DNA of 64,000 nt from NCBI RefSeq assembly GCF_009914755.1, contig NC_060927.1; one strand, written 5' to 3'. The notes beneath the pieces were generated by a model that worked only from the letters and a program-made list of their open reading frames with translations, was not told where the DNA came from and did not search any database. Numbering within the stretch: the stretch's first letter is position 1; each line of letters begins with the position of its first letter. Made by a program: the position numbers and the translations under genes. Source of the stretch: the human T2T-CHM13v2.0 reference genome, Homo sapiens. Positions 1 through 12,925 of this stretch are shown one piece after another.

Positions 1-2800
1 AGTTCTAGTTTGATTGTACTATCGTCTGAGAGACAGTTTGTTATAATTTCTGTTCTTTTACATTTGCTGAGGAGTGCTTTACTTCCAACTATGTGGTCAA
101 TTTTGGAATAGGTGAGGTGTGGTGCTGAAAAGAATGTATATTCTATTGATTTGGGGTGGAGAGTTCTGTAGAAGTCTATTAGGCCCACTTGGTGCAGAGC
201 TGAGTTCAATTCCTGGATATCCTTGTTAACTTTCTGTCTCGTTGTTCTGTCTAATGTTGACAGTGGGGTGTTAAAGTCTCCCATTATTATTTTGTGGGAG
301 TCTAATTCTCTTTATTGGTCTCTAAGGACTTGCTTTATGAATCTGGGTGCTCCTGTATTGGGTGCATATATATTTAGGATAGTTAGTTCTTCTTGTTGAA
401 TTGATCCCTTTACCATTATGTAATGGCCTTTTTTGTCTCTTTTAATCTTTGTTGGTTTAAAGTCTGTTTTATGAGAGACTAGGATTGCAACCCCTGTCTT
501 TTTTTCTTTTCCATTTGCTTGGTAGATCTTCCTCCATCCCTTTATTTTGAGCCTATGTGTGTCTTTGCACAGGAGATGGGTTTCCTGAATACAGCACACT
601 GATGGGTCTTGACTCTTTATCCAATTTGCCAGTCTGTGTCTTTTAATTGGAGCATTTAGCCCATTTACATTTAAAGTTAATATCATTATGTGTGAATTTG
701 ATCCTGTCATTATGATGTTAGCTGGTTATTTTGCTCGTTAGTTGATGCACTTTCTTCCTACCCTTGATGATCTTTACAATTTGGCATGTTTTTGCAGTAG
801 CTGGTACTGGTTGTTCCTTTCCATGTTTAGTGCTTCCTTCAGGAGCTCTTTTAGGGCAGGCCTGGTGGTGACAAAATCTCACAGAATTTGCTTGTCTGTA
901 AAGGATTTTATTTCTCCTTCACTTATGAAGCTTAGTTTGGCTGGATAAGAAATTCTGGGTTGAAAATTCTTGTTTTTAAGAATGTTGAATATTTTCCCCC
1001 ACTCTCTTCTGGTTTGTAGAGTTTCTGCCGAGAGATCAGCTGTTAGTCTGATGGGCTTCCCTTTGTGGGTAACCCGACCTTTCTCTCTGGCTGCCCTTAA
1101 CACTTTTTCCTTCATTTCAACTTTGGTGAATCTGACAATTATGTGTCTTGGAGTTGCTCTTCTTGAGGAGTACCTTTCTGGTGTTCTCTGTATTTCCTGA
1201 ATTTGAATGTTGGCCTGCCTTGCTAGATTGGGGAAGTTCTACTGGATAATATCCTGCAGAGTGTTTTCCAGCTTGGGTCCATTCTCCCCATCACTTTCAG
1301 GTACACCAATCAGACGTAGATTTGGTCTTTTCACATAGTCCCATATTTCTTGGAGGCTTTGTTAATTTCTTTTTATTCTTTTTTCTCTAAACTCTCTTCT
1401 TGCTTCATTTCATTCATTTGATCTTCCATCAATGATACCCTTTCTTCCAGTTGATTAAATAGGCTACTGAGGCTTGTGCATTCATCATGTAGTTCTCGTG
1501 CCATGGTTTTCAGCTCCATCAGGGTCTTTAAGGACTTCTCTGCATTGGATATTCTAGTTAGCCATTCGTCTAATCTTTTTTCAAGGTTTTTAACTTCTTT
1601 GCCATGGGTTCAAACTTCCTCCTTTAGCTTGGAGTAGTTTGACCATCTGAAGCCTTCTTATCTCAACTCATCAAAGTCATTCTCCATCCAGCTTTGTTCC
1701 ATTGCTGGTGAGGAGCTGTGTTCCTTTGGAGGAGGAGAGGTGCTCTGATTTTTAGATTTTTCAGTTTTTCTGCTGTTTTTTTCCTCATCTTTGTGGTTTT
1801 ATCTACCTTTGGTTTTTCATGATGGTGACCTACAAATGGGGTTTTGGTGTGGATTTTCTTTCTGTTTGTTAGTTTTCCTTCTAACAGTCAGGACCCTCAG
1901 CTGCAGGTCTGTTGGAGTTTGCTGGAGGTCCACTCCAGACCCTGTTTGCCTGGGTATCAGCAGTGGAGGCTGCAGAACAGTGGATATTGGTGAGCAGCAA
2001 ATGTGGCTGCCTGATCATTCCTCTGAACGTTTTGTGTCAGAGGAGTACCCGGCCATGTGAGGTGTCAGTCTGCCACTACTGGGGGGTGCCTCCCATTTAG
2101 GCTACTTGGGGGTCAGGGACCCACTTGAGGAGGCAGTCTGTCCATTCTCAGATCTCAAGCTGCGTGCTGGGAGAACCACTACTCTCTTCAAAGCTGTCAG
2201 ACAGGGACTTTGAAGTCTGCAGAGGTTTCTGCTCTCTTTTGTTTGGCTATGCCTTGTCCCCAGAGGTGGAGTCTATAAAGGCAGGTAGGCCTCCTTGAGC
2301 TGCAGTGGGCTCCACCCAGTTCGAGTTTCCAGCTGCTTTGTTTACCTACTCAAGCCTGAGCAATGGCGAGTGCCCCTCCCCTAGCCTCACTGCCACCTAG
2401 CAGTTTGATCTCAGACTACTGTGCTAGCAATGAGCAAGGCTCCATGGGCATAGAACCCTCTGAGCCAGGCACACAATATAATCTCCTGGTGTGCCCTTTG
2501 CTAAGACTGTCGGAAAAGTGCAGTATTAGGGTGGGAGTGACCCGATTTTCCAGGTGCCATCCATCACCCCTTTCCTTGGCTAGGAAAGGGAATTCCCTGA
2601 CCCCTTGCCCTTCCCTGGTGAGGCGATGCCTCGCCCTGTTTTGGCTCAGGCTCGGTGTATGGCACCCCCTGTCTGACAATCCCCAGTGAGATGCACCCGG
2701 TACCTCAGTTGGAAATGCAGAAATCATTCATCTTCTGCATTGCTCGTGCTGGGAGCCATAGACTGGAGCTGTTCCTATTTGGCCATCTTGGCTCCACCCT
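1..2800 (-). mobile_element. L1PA (about L1PA4-6) 5' portion: 5'UTR, disrupted ORF1 (~774-1788) and ORF2 endonuclease start (ATG at 710, in-frame stop at 312-314); continues off the left edge
   Basis: ORF2 N-terminus MTGSNSHIMILTLNVNGLNAPIKRHRL; ORF1 fragment MKEKVLRAAREKGRVTHKGKPIRLTADLS; 5' end with YY1 motif (ggccatcttggc, 2781-2792); 5'UTR of ~1010 bp is longer than the L1HS-type UTR. Confidence 0.97.
2363..2689 (+). CDS. L1 antisense ORF0 homologue, open for 108 codons
   Basis: MASAPPLASLPPSSLISDYCASN...IRVGVTRFSRC matches the recalled ORF0 peptide MAGAPPPASLPPCSLISDCCASN...IRVGVTRFSRC; Kozak gcaATGg; expression unknown. Confidence 0.75.
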   Translation: MASAPPLASLPPSSLISDYCASNEQGSMGIEPSEPGTQYNLLVCPLLRLSEKCSIRVGVTRFSRCHPSPLSLARKGNSLTPCPSLVRRCLALFWLRLGVWHPLSDNPQ

Positions 2801-2804
2801 CATA

Positions 2805-4237
2805 TTTTCTCTTGAACGTACTCCAAACAGTCATTTGATGCTACCGCTTCACTAAAATACATTATGCCAAGGTCACCAATAATCATTCTGTTGCTGAATT
2901 CAAAATCGATTTTCAATCCTTACAATTTCACCTACTGACAACATTTAATAGAATATACTACATACTCTTTTTGGAAACACTTTCTTCCTTTGGCTTCTGG
3001 GACAGCACAGTCTCTTGCTTCTCCAATCTCTAAGACCACTCCTTAGGTCTTCTTTGCAGTTTCTCCCTCATTTCTTTACACTCTAAATGTTGGAGGGCCT
3101 CAGGACAAGGCCCTCAGTCCTCTTTCTTCTTTAATCTATCCAAATTAACTTCCTAAGAGATCTCACCCAGTCTCATACTTTTAAAAAGCGTCTGCATGTT
3201 GATAACTCCAAAATTCAAACCTCTGGTCTGGATCTCAACCACAAATTTCAAGTCCATATATCTCACTGCCCTCTAAAGAATTCTACTTTTAAGTCTCATA
3301 GAAATCTCAGCCTTAACATATCTCAAAAGAAACTCCTTACTCCCTCCTCAACATGTTCCTACAGGTTGCTATTACTTAGATCTTCCCCACCTAAGTAATA
3401 GCATCTCCATTTTTTATTATTCATGTCAGAAATCTTGGTCACCCATTAGTCTTCTTTTTTACTCACATCCCATATTCAACCTCAGCACCAAATCTTATTG
3501 ACTCTTCTTCCAAAATACATCCAGAATCTGACCCTTTCTCAGAATTTCTATTGCAAAAATCCTGGTCCATAGGGCAATCATCTCTCATTGGGAATATTGT
3601 AATAGCCTCCACAATGGGCCTCCCTGCTTCTATCTATTCCTGTTATCAGAATGATTGTTCAAAAACGTCAATCAGATTATGGCATTCCTCTGCTCAGATC
3701 TGTCCAATGACTTCCTACCTGAGTCAGAGTAAAATCAACAGTTCCCTCCCAGCACTATCCTGACCTCACCTGCTATCACATTTGCCTACTCCCTGCTGGC
3801 TCTGCCTCAGCCATGTTGACCTCATTTCTAGTCCTCAAAAGTGCCAAGCGCTCCCCCACTTCAGGACCTTTGCACTTACTATTTCCTCTGCTTCAAATGG
3901 TCTTACCTCATGGAATCACAAGATTCCCTTCCTGACTTTCTTTATATTTATAATACACCTGTGCAATAATGTCTTCAAGGAACACTTTTTATAAAACAGC
4001 AACTCTCCCCCTGACTCTAACATTTTCTATTCCCCTTTCCCTGCTTTTTCTAAATTGCAAAATTGCCACATGATATATGTGTATATTTATTTGTCTGTCT
4101 ACCCCCATCAGAATATAAGTTCTTGAGGGCCAGAACATTATCTGCTGTGTTCACTGGTGTACCCCCAGCACCTACAATAGTGCCAGTTGTACAATAGGCA
4201 CCCAATAAATATTTATTGACTGACTACATGAATGAAA
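2805..4237 (+). mobile_element. L2 (L2a-like) 3' segment
   Basis: caaggtcaccaataatc...gaaacactttcttcctttggcttc and the L2 3' end (aataaatatttattgactgac...gaatgaa). Confidence 0.85.
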
Positions 4238-4246
4238 AGAAATGGA

Positions 4247-4592
4247 GGCCAGCTGTGGTGGCTCACACCCATAATCCCAGCACTTTGGGAGGCTGAGGTG
4301 GGCGGATCACCTGAGGTCAGAACTTCAACACCAGCATGACCAACATGACGAAACCCCATCTCTACTAAAAATACAAAATAAGCCGGTCATGGTGGTGCAT
4401 GCCTGTAATCCCAGCTATTCGGGAGGCTGAGGCAGGAGGATCATTGAACCCAGGAGGCAGAGGTTGCAGTGAGCAGAAATCATGTCACTGCACTCCAGCC
4501 TGAGCAATAGAGTGAGACTCTGTCTCAAAAAAAAAAAAAAAAAGAAAGAAAGAAGGAAAAGAAAAGAAAAGAAAAAGAAAAGAGAAAGAAAA
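4247..4592 (+). mobile_element. AluS with A/GAAA-rich tail
   Basis: Dimeric Alu sequence with central ctactaaaaatacaaaa. Confidence 0.95.
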
Positions 4593-4825
4593 GGCTCCTA
4601 GCGCCTGAACACTCAGAAGAAAGCCAGTTCAGAAAGAAGCAGCTAGAGATTGATGTGAAAAACACATCATTCCTTTCTTGCTTATATAAACAAAACACAT
4701 GCACATGCACTCATACATGCACAGACACATAGTACGCACTGAAATTCTCATAACCATATATAGACTCAATCACTATAAGGCCCTCTTATAAACTTCACAA
4801 ACTTGCTAATTTAAGAACCTCTTCT

Positions 4826-4952
4826 TAGTTGGCAAACATTTTCTATAGTGAACACAAGATAGTAAATAGTTTAAGCTTTTTGATCTCTGTTCCATATGAT
4901 CTCTGTTCAACTACTCAGCTCTGCCATTGTAGCACAAAAGAAGCTATAGAAA
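4826..4952 (-). mobile_element. MER58A fragment (hAT-Charlie)
   Basis: ggcaaac...gatagtaaat...ctactcagctctgccattgtagc. Confidence 0.7.
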
Positions 4953-5109
4953 AAAAATCTTCTTAAGTAGAGTTAAATATTTGGACTAGATTCATACTCG
5001 AACTTTACCTGACTAGTAGTAGGGTCCAGATTCTACTGCCTTTGGAGAAAAATTTATACTAAAATTTTTCTTTAAGAACTTTTGGAGAAATATAAGTACT
5101 AAAGTTTAA

Positions 5110-5710
5110 TTTGTGCATGTCCTTCTACTAGCAATTTCATCCTAGGTATGTAACCTAAGAAAATCCTCTCACATATGCACAGAAGAGATACACACAAAAT
5201 GTTCACTGCAGCATTATTCATAATAGAGGAAAATTGGAAAAAATCTAAATATCCATCAATGGGAAAATGGATAAATGGACTATGGTAGATTCATACAGTA
5301 GAATATTAACTGGTACTTCAGAATTAGAGCCTGGATAAATCTCAAAAGCATTGATTGAGCATCTGAACAAGTTGCAGGATATATACCATATCATATACAT
5401 AAACTTAAAATGTGTAACACAATACTATATATAACTTGTGGATATATAAGAAACATAGTAAGAGTATAAAATGATCAACACCAATTTCAGTAGAGTGACT
5501 GTCTCACCCCACTGTCTTCAGTGGGAGACACAGTAGGAAGGGAAAGAGGTAATGAGGGGCTTTGACTGTATCTGCAGTGACTTATTTCTTGAAAAGAACA
5601 TATATCTGCAGGAATATGTCAAGGTTTTAAGATTTTACAAAACTTGGTGGTATTTTTCAGTATTTCTCTTTGCTTTCCTATGTGCTTGAAATATTTCATA
5701 ATTAAAAAAA
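5110..5710 (+). mobile_element. Old L1M (L1ME-like) 3' end
   Basis: gcaatttcatcctaggtat...aatgttcactgcagcattattcataatag...tatccatcaatgggaaaatggataaat. Confidence 0.75.
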
Positions 5711-5789
5711 TGACTCCATTCCCCCAAAATTGAGGATAACCAGATAAACAGTCCCCTCAACACAGTGTGGCATTAATGAGATTCAATTA

Positions 5790-6985
<1,196 letters not shown>

Positions 6986-7599
6986 GACATTAAGCCTGAG
7001 TGCTAGAATCACAGCACAAACCCTCTGCCCTCTCTTGTACTAAAAATGATTGAGAAATGCCTCCTCAATCTGAAGGCTAATTTCTCCACCTGAGCTTTAA
7101 ATAACTTCAAAAGTGAATGTGTAAACCTATGTAGAATATTGATCTGCTGCCAAGAAAGTCTTAAGGGGATCAATTTCCATATCCTAAAATTCCATATGAA
7201 CCCTCCTAAAACTGACCTACACACTTTGGGTTCAGGCACTGAAAAAATTCTCCTTTCTCACTTCTCCATTTGCAGTCACCATCTTTCCCCTTCACAAAAG
7301 AAAGGCCTTCTCCTCATCTATCCCTAATGGTAATCAGATAAATTTCCTTAGAATATAAAAACCTCCAACAGGTCAAAGAAGCACATCAAGATTTTAGCCT
7401 TGAGCAAAGTACTCTTGAATTGATTGAGGCACCAAAAACATATGATGAACCTACGTTTTTCCCTTACACATTTCTGTTAAGGGCACAGCCTGGCTCTAGA
7501 AGCCTATGTTCTGTATCCATCTCCTTTGTGACCACTTTCGCTCCTTTTCATCTCACCTCTTATTCCCATGTCCAGTTCTTCAAAGGCTTTGACCAACTT

Positions 7600-7960
7600 C
7601 ATGCAGGTACAACCTAGAAGCTTCTGGCTTCAGTTTCTCTGATGTGGATACCAGTGGGAACTCACACAAATGCAACCCAACTGTGTGGGAAGTTACTCTG
7701 TAGAGTAATCCTTGAACCATGGCAGTAGGTAGATAAAGGCTTCCCCCTCTGTTCACCAAGAGACAATCCTGAGACACATTTCATTAGGATTCTCTGATGA
7801 TCCACTGTTATCCAGCAGCCAATCTCCTATAATAGTAGCCAGCTGAATAAAGCTTCCTTTATTGGCTCTCCTGCTTCCTCCTTCACTCACCTGTGTCACT
7901 CCTCCCCGTATGCAAGCATTTGTTTTAGGCTCTGCTATGGGAGAACCCAGGAAAAGAGAG
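7600..7960 (+). mobile_element. LTR16-like ERVL solo LTR
   Basis: 3' end tgttttaggctctgctatgggagaacccag and internal gacaatcctgagacacatttc resemble the LTR16 family. Confidence 0.6.
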
Positions 7961-9162
7961 TTAAGATGTTCTGAATTCAGATATTTTGTAGGATGGGGCA
8001 GAAGAAATGAGGGTGATGTCATTTACCAACTTCCCCTCTTCCATCTCTGGACTACTACCAAGGAACACATCACGTTAAGGAGAATGCTATGAGAGCAAAG
8101 CAATGAGAGAGAATACAGGAAAATGCGGAAGTTTCAGTGCCTTATTTTACCAAGCAACAAACTCAAGGCAAGGCTCTGTGGAGTACCCTTCTATTTGCTC
8201 GAGAATAGACTATTTGAGATATGCGGTAGGCATTTCGGGAAATCCAGTCGAGTATGAGGTTCAACCCTCTGCAATTTTTTTTTTTTTTTTTTAATGAAAA
8301 GAGCGTGAGAAGAACTCAATTCAGCTGCGGCTTCATCGAGGACATAGGTGTATGTGTTCATGATTTCAAGGATGAGGTGAAAAAGCTCCTCAGTCAGCCA
8401 GTGTTACAGCTTCAAATAAAAGGAACACATATTGAAGGTAAGTTAGCATTTTATATTAAACATTTATTCAGACATGTAAAAGAAACAATTTTATTAACTC
8501 ATTACTAAAATATTTAAGCAACGAAACCTCCTGCTTGTTGCCTCTTGTCACTCACTTCTCTGCTCATTCATTTCTATTATGTGTTTATTAGATTTAGGTT
8601 AACTTAATAGAAATATGTTATTGATTTTATTATACATAGTTTAAAATTGTCAATTCACTTCTTGTAAGTTCTACATTTACTGGTGGCCCTATACCTTCTT
8701 TTTTTTTTTTTTTTTTTGTCTTTCATTTGTTTCTTGCTATAAATTTCCACAAAGCAGTTAAAATGTATCTTTAAAGCAAAACATTTCCTTGTGTATGGAA
8801 ATAGGATAAAATGTTTCCAGAGCAATTAGGATATAATGCCTTGAAGTTTAGAAAACTCACACTATTAGTGTTTTTTCTCCCTCTCCGAAGCAGATACGCT
8901 GTTCAGTTCTTTCAAATGTGTGAGCAGTTGTCTTAAACTATAAAATGGAACTACCAATCTAGCTATGTATAAAAATACTCAAGAACGTGACTCTTTCTAA
9001 CCTCACATCTTTCCAAGGTACTTTGAGATTACCTGGAAAATTGTAATTTAGATGAATATGTAGGTCTGGATTCACAGTCAATGGGAAAAGTCCTAAAATG
9101 CACAATTTCCAGGGTTTCTTTTCTTTTTTTTTTTTTTTTTTTGGCGGGGAGTGGTTTTACTC

Positions 9163-9181
9163 AATGGCCATCTAGTGTTAG
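9163..9181 (-). promoter_or_regulatory. Candidate CTCF motif
   Basis: Minus strand reads aaCACTAGATGGCcatt, matching the CTCF core CCACYAGRKGGC apart from the first base. Confidence 0.4.
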
Positions 9182-9237
9182 CTCCATAAACAAGTTGCCT
9201 CTAAGTGAAAGTATAGTTGGTATAAGGGGCTTTCATC

Positions 9238-9344
9238 TCAGGAGAGAGGATTGCTTGAGCCTGGGAGGTCAAGCTTGCCGTGAGCCATGATCCCACCACT
9301 GCATTCCAGCCTGAGCAACCCTATTTAAAAAAAAAAAAAAAAAA
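9238..9344 (+). mobile_element. Alu right-arm fragment (AluJ/FRAM-like)
   Basis: ggattgcttgagcctgggaggtcaag...ccactgcattccagcctg followed by poly(A). Confidence 0.85.
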
Positions 9345-12300
9345 GGCATTGAAAAGCCTTGATAAAGCCTTCTTGATGTATTTCCCAGGAAATGAGAAAG
9401 TTATTCTAAGGGCCAGGTTAAAGAATCCTTTTAAGTCAGCACTTTTCTGTTTTTTGTCTTCAACAAAATTAAAGGGAGGTATAACAGTGGTCAATAGCTA
9501 GATTTTTAAATATAATTTTTGATAACATATCACTATGAATTTGAGTGTATGACTTGGATGAATTTCTAAGAATTGAGTGATGTTATAAAAATTATATTCT
9601 TTATTTACTATGTAAATAAATATTTCTCATTTACTATATAAAAAAATAGTTAACGCTGAATCCTGTCTCATTCTATCAGTAAGTCCTATTTATCCATGGA
9701 TACATTATTTAAGTAGACAAAAAGAAAACTATCTGACAAGGCAATGTCTTGTCATAAAATTTCAATTTCTAGGTTTGATAATTATTAATAACATTTATAT
9801 TAATAACCTACTATAACTTACACTAAAACATGCAGTCTTTGAGAAAATATTATTTTCATTCATATACATATTTTTATTGCAGAGAAGTTTGTAGAATGAT
9901 ATATATTTAAGCATAAAATAATTCATTGGAATAAAATTCTGAGGAAAAATGAAATAAAAATATGATTTCAAGAAGAAAAGATAACAATGGAGATTTTTCA
10001 GCTATTTAAAGAACTCCAATATATATTGATATTTTTAACAGATGATGGTAAATGTCAAATTTTTTATAACATTTAATTTCCCTATTTACATTTAAAGAGC
10101 AATGTTACAGTTTTGGGATTGTTTTGCCCACCCACCCCCCCACTATTTATTTTTTTAATTGACAAAAATATTGCATATATTTGTGTTCAATCTAAGGTTC
10201 TGAAATGTGTATATGTCATAGGGTAAATAAATATAACATATGCATTACCTCACATATCCTTTTTTGTGGTGGAAATATTTAAAATCTCAGTGATTTTTGA
10301 GAATATAATGTGTTCATATTAACTGTAGTCACCAGGTTTTACATCAGGTAGATCTCCTGAATTTACTCCTCTTCACTGAAATTTTGTGTCCTCTGACCAA
10401 CATCTCCCTAACTTCCTCCACCCCAGCCCCGGTAACCACCATTCTGCTCTCTGTTTCTATGAGTTCAACTTTTTTAGATTCCACATATAAGTGAGGTCAT
10501 GCAGTATTTGTCTTTTTATGCCTGGCTTATTTAATTTAATATAATGACCTCCAGTTCCATTAATGTTTCTGCAAATGACAGAATTTCCTTCTTTTTTATG
10601 ACTGAATAGTATTCCATTGTGTATATATATGATATTTTTTAAATCCATTCATCCATTAATGAACACTTAGGCTGATTCCATATCTTAGTTATTGTGAATA
10701 ATGGTGCAATGAATATGAGAGTGCTGATCTCTTCAGCATACTGATTTCATGTCCTCTGAATATGTATCCAGTAGTGTGATAGCTGGATCATATGGTAGTT
10801 ACATATGTATATTGTTTTTGAGGAACCACCATGCTGTTTTTCATAATGACTCTAACTAATTTACATTCCCACCAAGTGTACAAGAATTCCCGTTAATCTG
10901 CATTCTTGCCAACATTTATCTTTTTTCTTTTTAATAATACCTACTCTAATATTTGTAAAGTGATCATTGCGGTTTTAATTTGCATTTTATAATTGATTAG
11001 TAATGTTCAGCATTTTTTCATGTACCTATTTACTGTATTTGGTCTTTTGAGAAATGTCTGTTCAAGTACTTTGCCCATTTTAAAATCAGATTGTTTTCCT
11101 GCTATTGAATTGTTAGAGTTACTTATATATTTTGGATATTAACCCCTTCTCATGTGTCAAATATTTTCTCTCATTTGCTAGGTGGTCTCTTCACATGTTG
11201 AATATTTCCTTGGCTGTGTAGACGTTTTTTAGTTTGATGTAATGCCATTTGTCTAACTGTGCTTTTGTTACCTGTGCCTTTGGAGTCTGTAAAAAAAAAT
11301 CATCACCAAGACCAATGTCATGAAGATTTTGTCTATGATTTCTTGTAGTTTTATAATTTCTGGGTTTACATTCAATTCCTTAATCTATTTTGAGTTGATT
11401 TTTCCCTGAGCTATATATTTTTTAAATAATTTTATATTTTATTTTAGATTCGGGGGTATATGTGCAGGTTTGTTACCTGGGTATATTGTGTGATGCTGAG
11501 GTTTGGGGTATGAATGATCTTTTCACCCAGATACTGAGAATAGTACCCAATAGATAGTTTTTCAGCCCTTGACAACTCCTTCCATCTCTCCACTAGAAAT
11601 CCCCCATGTCTATTGTTGCCATCTTTATATCCATAATTACCAAGTGTTTAGCTCCCATTTATAAGTGACAATATGTGGTATTTGGTTTTCTGTTCCTGTG
11701 TTAATTCACTTAGGATAATGGCCTCCAGCTGCATCCACATTGCTGCACAGAACATGATTTCATTTTTTATGGCTGCATGGTATTCCATGGTATATATGTA
11801 TGACATTTTTTTTTTGTCCAATCCACTGTGGATGGGCATCTAGGTTGATTCCATGAACATAAGAGTATGTGTGTCTTTTTGGTAGAATGATTTATTTTCT
11901 TTTGGATATAAACCTGGGTGGAATGGTAGTTGTTTTTAGTTCTTTGAGAAATGTCCAAACTGCTTTCTGCGGTGGCTGAACTAATTTATATTTCCACCAA
12001 CAATGTATAAACATTTTATTTTCTCCATAGCCTTGCCCAGAATCTGTTGTTTTTTCACTTTTTAATAATAGCCATTCTAACTGGTGTGAAAAAATATCTC
12101 ATTGTGGTTTCAATTTGCATTTCTCTCTGATGTTTAGTGATGAGCATTTTTTCATATGTCTGCTGGCCACTTGTATGTCTTCTTTTGAGAAGTGTCCATG
12201 TCTTTTGCCTACATATTGTTCTGAGATGGAGTTTTGCTCTTGTTGCTTTTTCAACAGTTTAAGTTCTCTATGGATTCTGGATATTAGACTTTGTCATATG

Positions 12301-12925
12301 CATAGTTTGCAAATATTTTCTTTCATTCTGTAGGTTGTCTATTTACTGTTGAGAGTTTTCTTTTGCTATTCAGAAGCCTTTTAGTTTAATTAGGTTCAAC
12401 TTATCAATTTTTGGTTTTGTTGGAATTGCTTTTGAGGACTTAGTCACTAATTCTATCCCAAGGCTCATATATAAAATGGTATTCCTAGATTTTCTGCTAG
12501 GGTCCTTATACTTTGAGGCCTTACATTTAAATATTTAATCCTTCTTGGGTTAATTTTTGTATATAGTGAGAGGTAGGAGTCCAGTTTTATTCATCTCTGC
12601 ACAGAATGGATGGGGTGACTTGGGTTGCCACCCAGTTGAGCAGGTGCTCCAAATGCCTGATGATCTGCCTCAGTATGAAGCACAAAGGCCTCCCCTGCAC
12701 CAGGATCTTTGTGCAGGAAGGGCAGCATGGCTGAAGCTGCTAGTTCTTTTGAACAAGTGCTTCAAATGCCTGGCAATTTGGATGATGTCCAAAATGTTTA
12801 GGTGTGGAGTAGAGAGGGCCCTACTGCACCATGATCTACACACAAGAAGATCCACCTGCTGATCCAGGTGAAGGAGTACTTCAAATGTCTAGAGATTTAC
12901 CTGGGGGGTGGAGCACACCAGATTC

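Noticed and set aside
8254-8508. 84-aa ORF over the CpG-retaining segment
   Set aside because: Runs through a T-homopolymer (poly-Phe) and resembles no protein I know; only the non-coding features were kept
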